A stretch of 63,891 bases of DNA, counting the filler, from Reticulomyxa filosa (Eukaryota > Protista > Foraminifera), in assembly GCA_000512085.1 (NCBI GenBank). It is 21 parts of 21 records of this genome, joined end to end, with 100 filler letters (N's around TTAATTAATTAA, not from the genome) between each part and the next. Parts side by side here need not be neighbours in the genome. Positions count along the whole stretch, not along the records: positions 62,562 to 63,891 come from ASPP01016387.1; 20 more parts are not named here. One strand, written 5' to 3'. The translations under genes were made by a program, and so were the position numbers. Below are positions 62,590 through 63,891 of the stretch, one piece after another. Within the stretch, counting starts at the first letter, position 1. Each line of letters begins with the position of its first letter. The notes under the pieces were generated by a model, which was not told where the DNA came from, made no database searches, and saw only the letters and a program-made list of their open reading frames with translations.

Positions 62590-63760
62590 TTCTAAAATAT
62601 CCAAAGTTCTCGTCATTTGACTAAAAAGCAAAACGCGAGACCCTTGCTCCTTCAATCGCCGAAGCAGCTTATCAAGCAAGACCATTTTCCCCGAGTTGTT
62701 GACCAAGTGTTCTCCTTCGACAAACTGGCCAAAGGCGTTTGGTTTTTCGGCGCCTTTGAACAGATAGGGGTGGTTGCACACCTTGCGCAACTGCATGACA
62801 ATGTTCAAGAGTCGAGACTTGCTCCCTGTCTTTTCATTGATTTCGTGGACATTGCGTTCGAGCACGTTTTTGTACCATACTTTTTGCATTTCCGACAGTC
62901 CGCAGAACAGACACACCTCAATCTTGGGCGGCAGTTCCTTGTCGACGTCTTTTTTCAGTCTTCGTAAGATGAACGGCCGCAGCACGCGATGTAGCTGTCG
63001 CGACGTGGCGTCGCTGTTCTGCAATGCTTCATAGCTAAAGTGTCGCGTAAACACCTCTGACGTTTTGAACAGCTTGGGTGCCAAAAAGTTCAATAGCGAC
63101 CACAGCTCGGTCATGTTGTTCTGCAGAGGAGTGCCCGTCAACAGCAATCTGTGTTTGCTGCTTAAATGTCGGATCACTGTTGACAACTTTGAATTTGAGT
63201 TTTTTATTCGATGAGCTTATTATTATTATTATTATTTTTATTATAAGTTTGAAAATCGATTATTATATATACATATATATATATATATAATATATATGTA
63301 TATATAATAACCTTCATCAATCACTAAATATTCCCAATCAAATTTGTTCAATGCCGCTTTTTCGGCAAGTGCAATTTGATAACTTGTGACTAACACATCC
63401 CAATTGCTTTCAAATAACTCAATCTTCAAATTTTCTGTACACGTCATCATGCTCCATTCAATCGTTACATGCAATTACATACAAAACATAACACACACAT
63501 ATATATATATATAAATATATGTATATATATATATATGTATACACAAAACTCGCTCGTCTTTCGATCCATAAAACAAAAACACCTCCATCGAAGGACAGAA
63601 TTTTTTAAACTCTTTCACCCAGTTTTGAGAGGTCGTGAGCGGCACAATAACCATATGTGGCCCGTCAATCTTTTTGTATTGCTTCAGCCACGCCAACAGC
63701 GATATGCACTCCAACGTCTTGCCCAATCCCATTTCATCTGCCAATATCCCATTCACATCG
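62590..63760 (-). CDS. ISWI-like SNF2 chromatin-remodelling ATPase, internal fragment
   Basis: [15 protein letters not shown]|AHRIKN across an intron, [46 protein letters not shown]. Confidence 0.93.
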
Positions 63761-63850
63761 TATCCTTCGCAGTTTAATTCATGTAATTGAATTAGCCTTT
63801 ATTTATTTATTTATTTTAATTTCTAATCCCCTTCTCTATGTTTATGTCAC

Positions 63851-63891
<41 letters not shown>

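Overview
This is not one locus. It is 21 short, AT-rich eukaryotic contigs joined by an artificial 100-nt spacer (N44-TTAATTAATTAA-N44), so neighbouring contigs are unlinked. Intron style, a divergent alpha-tubulin and the expanded WD40, TPR and RNF213-like families suggest a foraminiferan such as Reticulomyxa filosa (inference). Most contigs carry ordinary, often truncated genes: WD40, eS4, VPS29, a VHS protein, a KH protein, SMARCAL1-like and ISWI-like SNF2 ATPases, a USP, GPCR-like proteins, and RGS, PHD and ShKT proteins. The standout is contig 11133-18797, an intronless two-ORF non-LTR retrotransposon with a CRE-clade-like reverse transcriptase. Its ORF2 begins with a complete but catalytically degenerate kinesin motor domain, followed by C2H2 zinc fingers and the RT. 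ORF1 and ORF2 are joined by an overlapping AUGA stop-start. The element's 5' end is capped by a (TTAGGGC)n telomere-like tract at the contig end. Together these suggest a telomere-associated retrotransposon that has captured a microtubule-motor fold.
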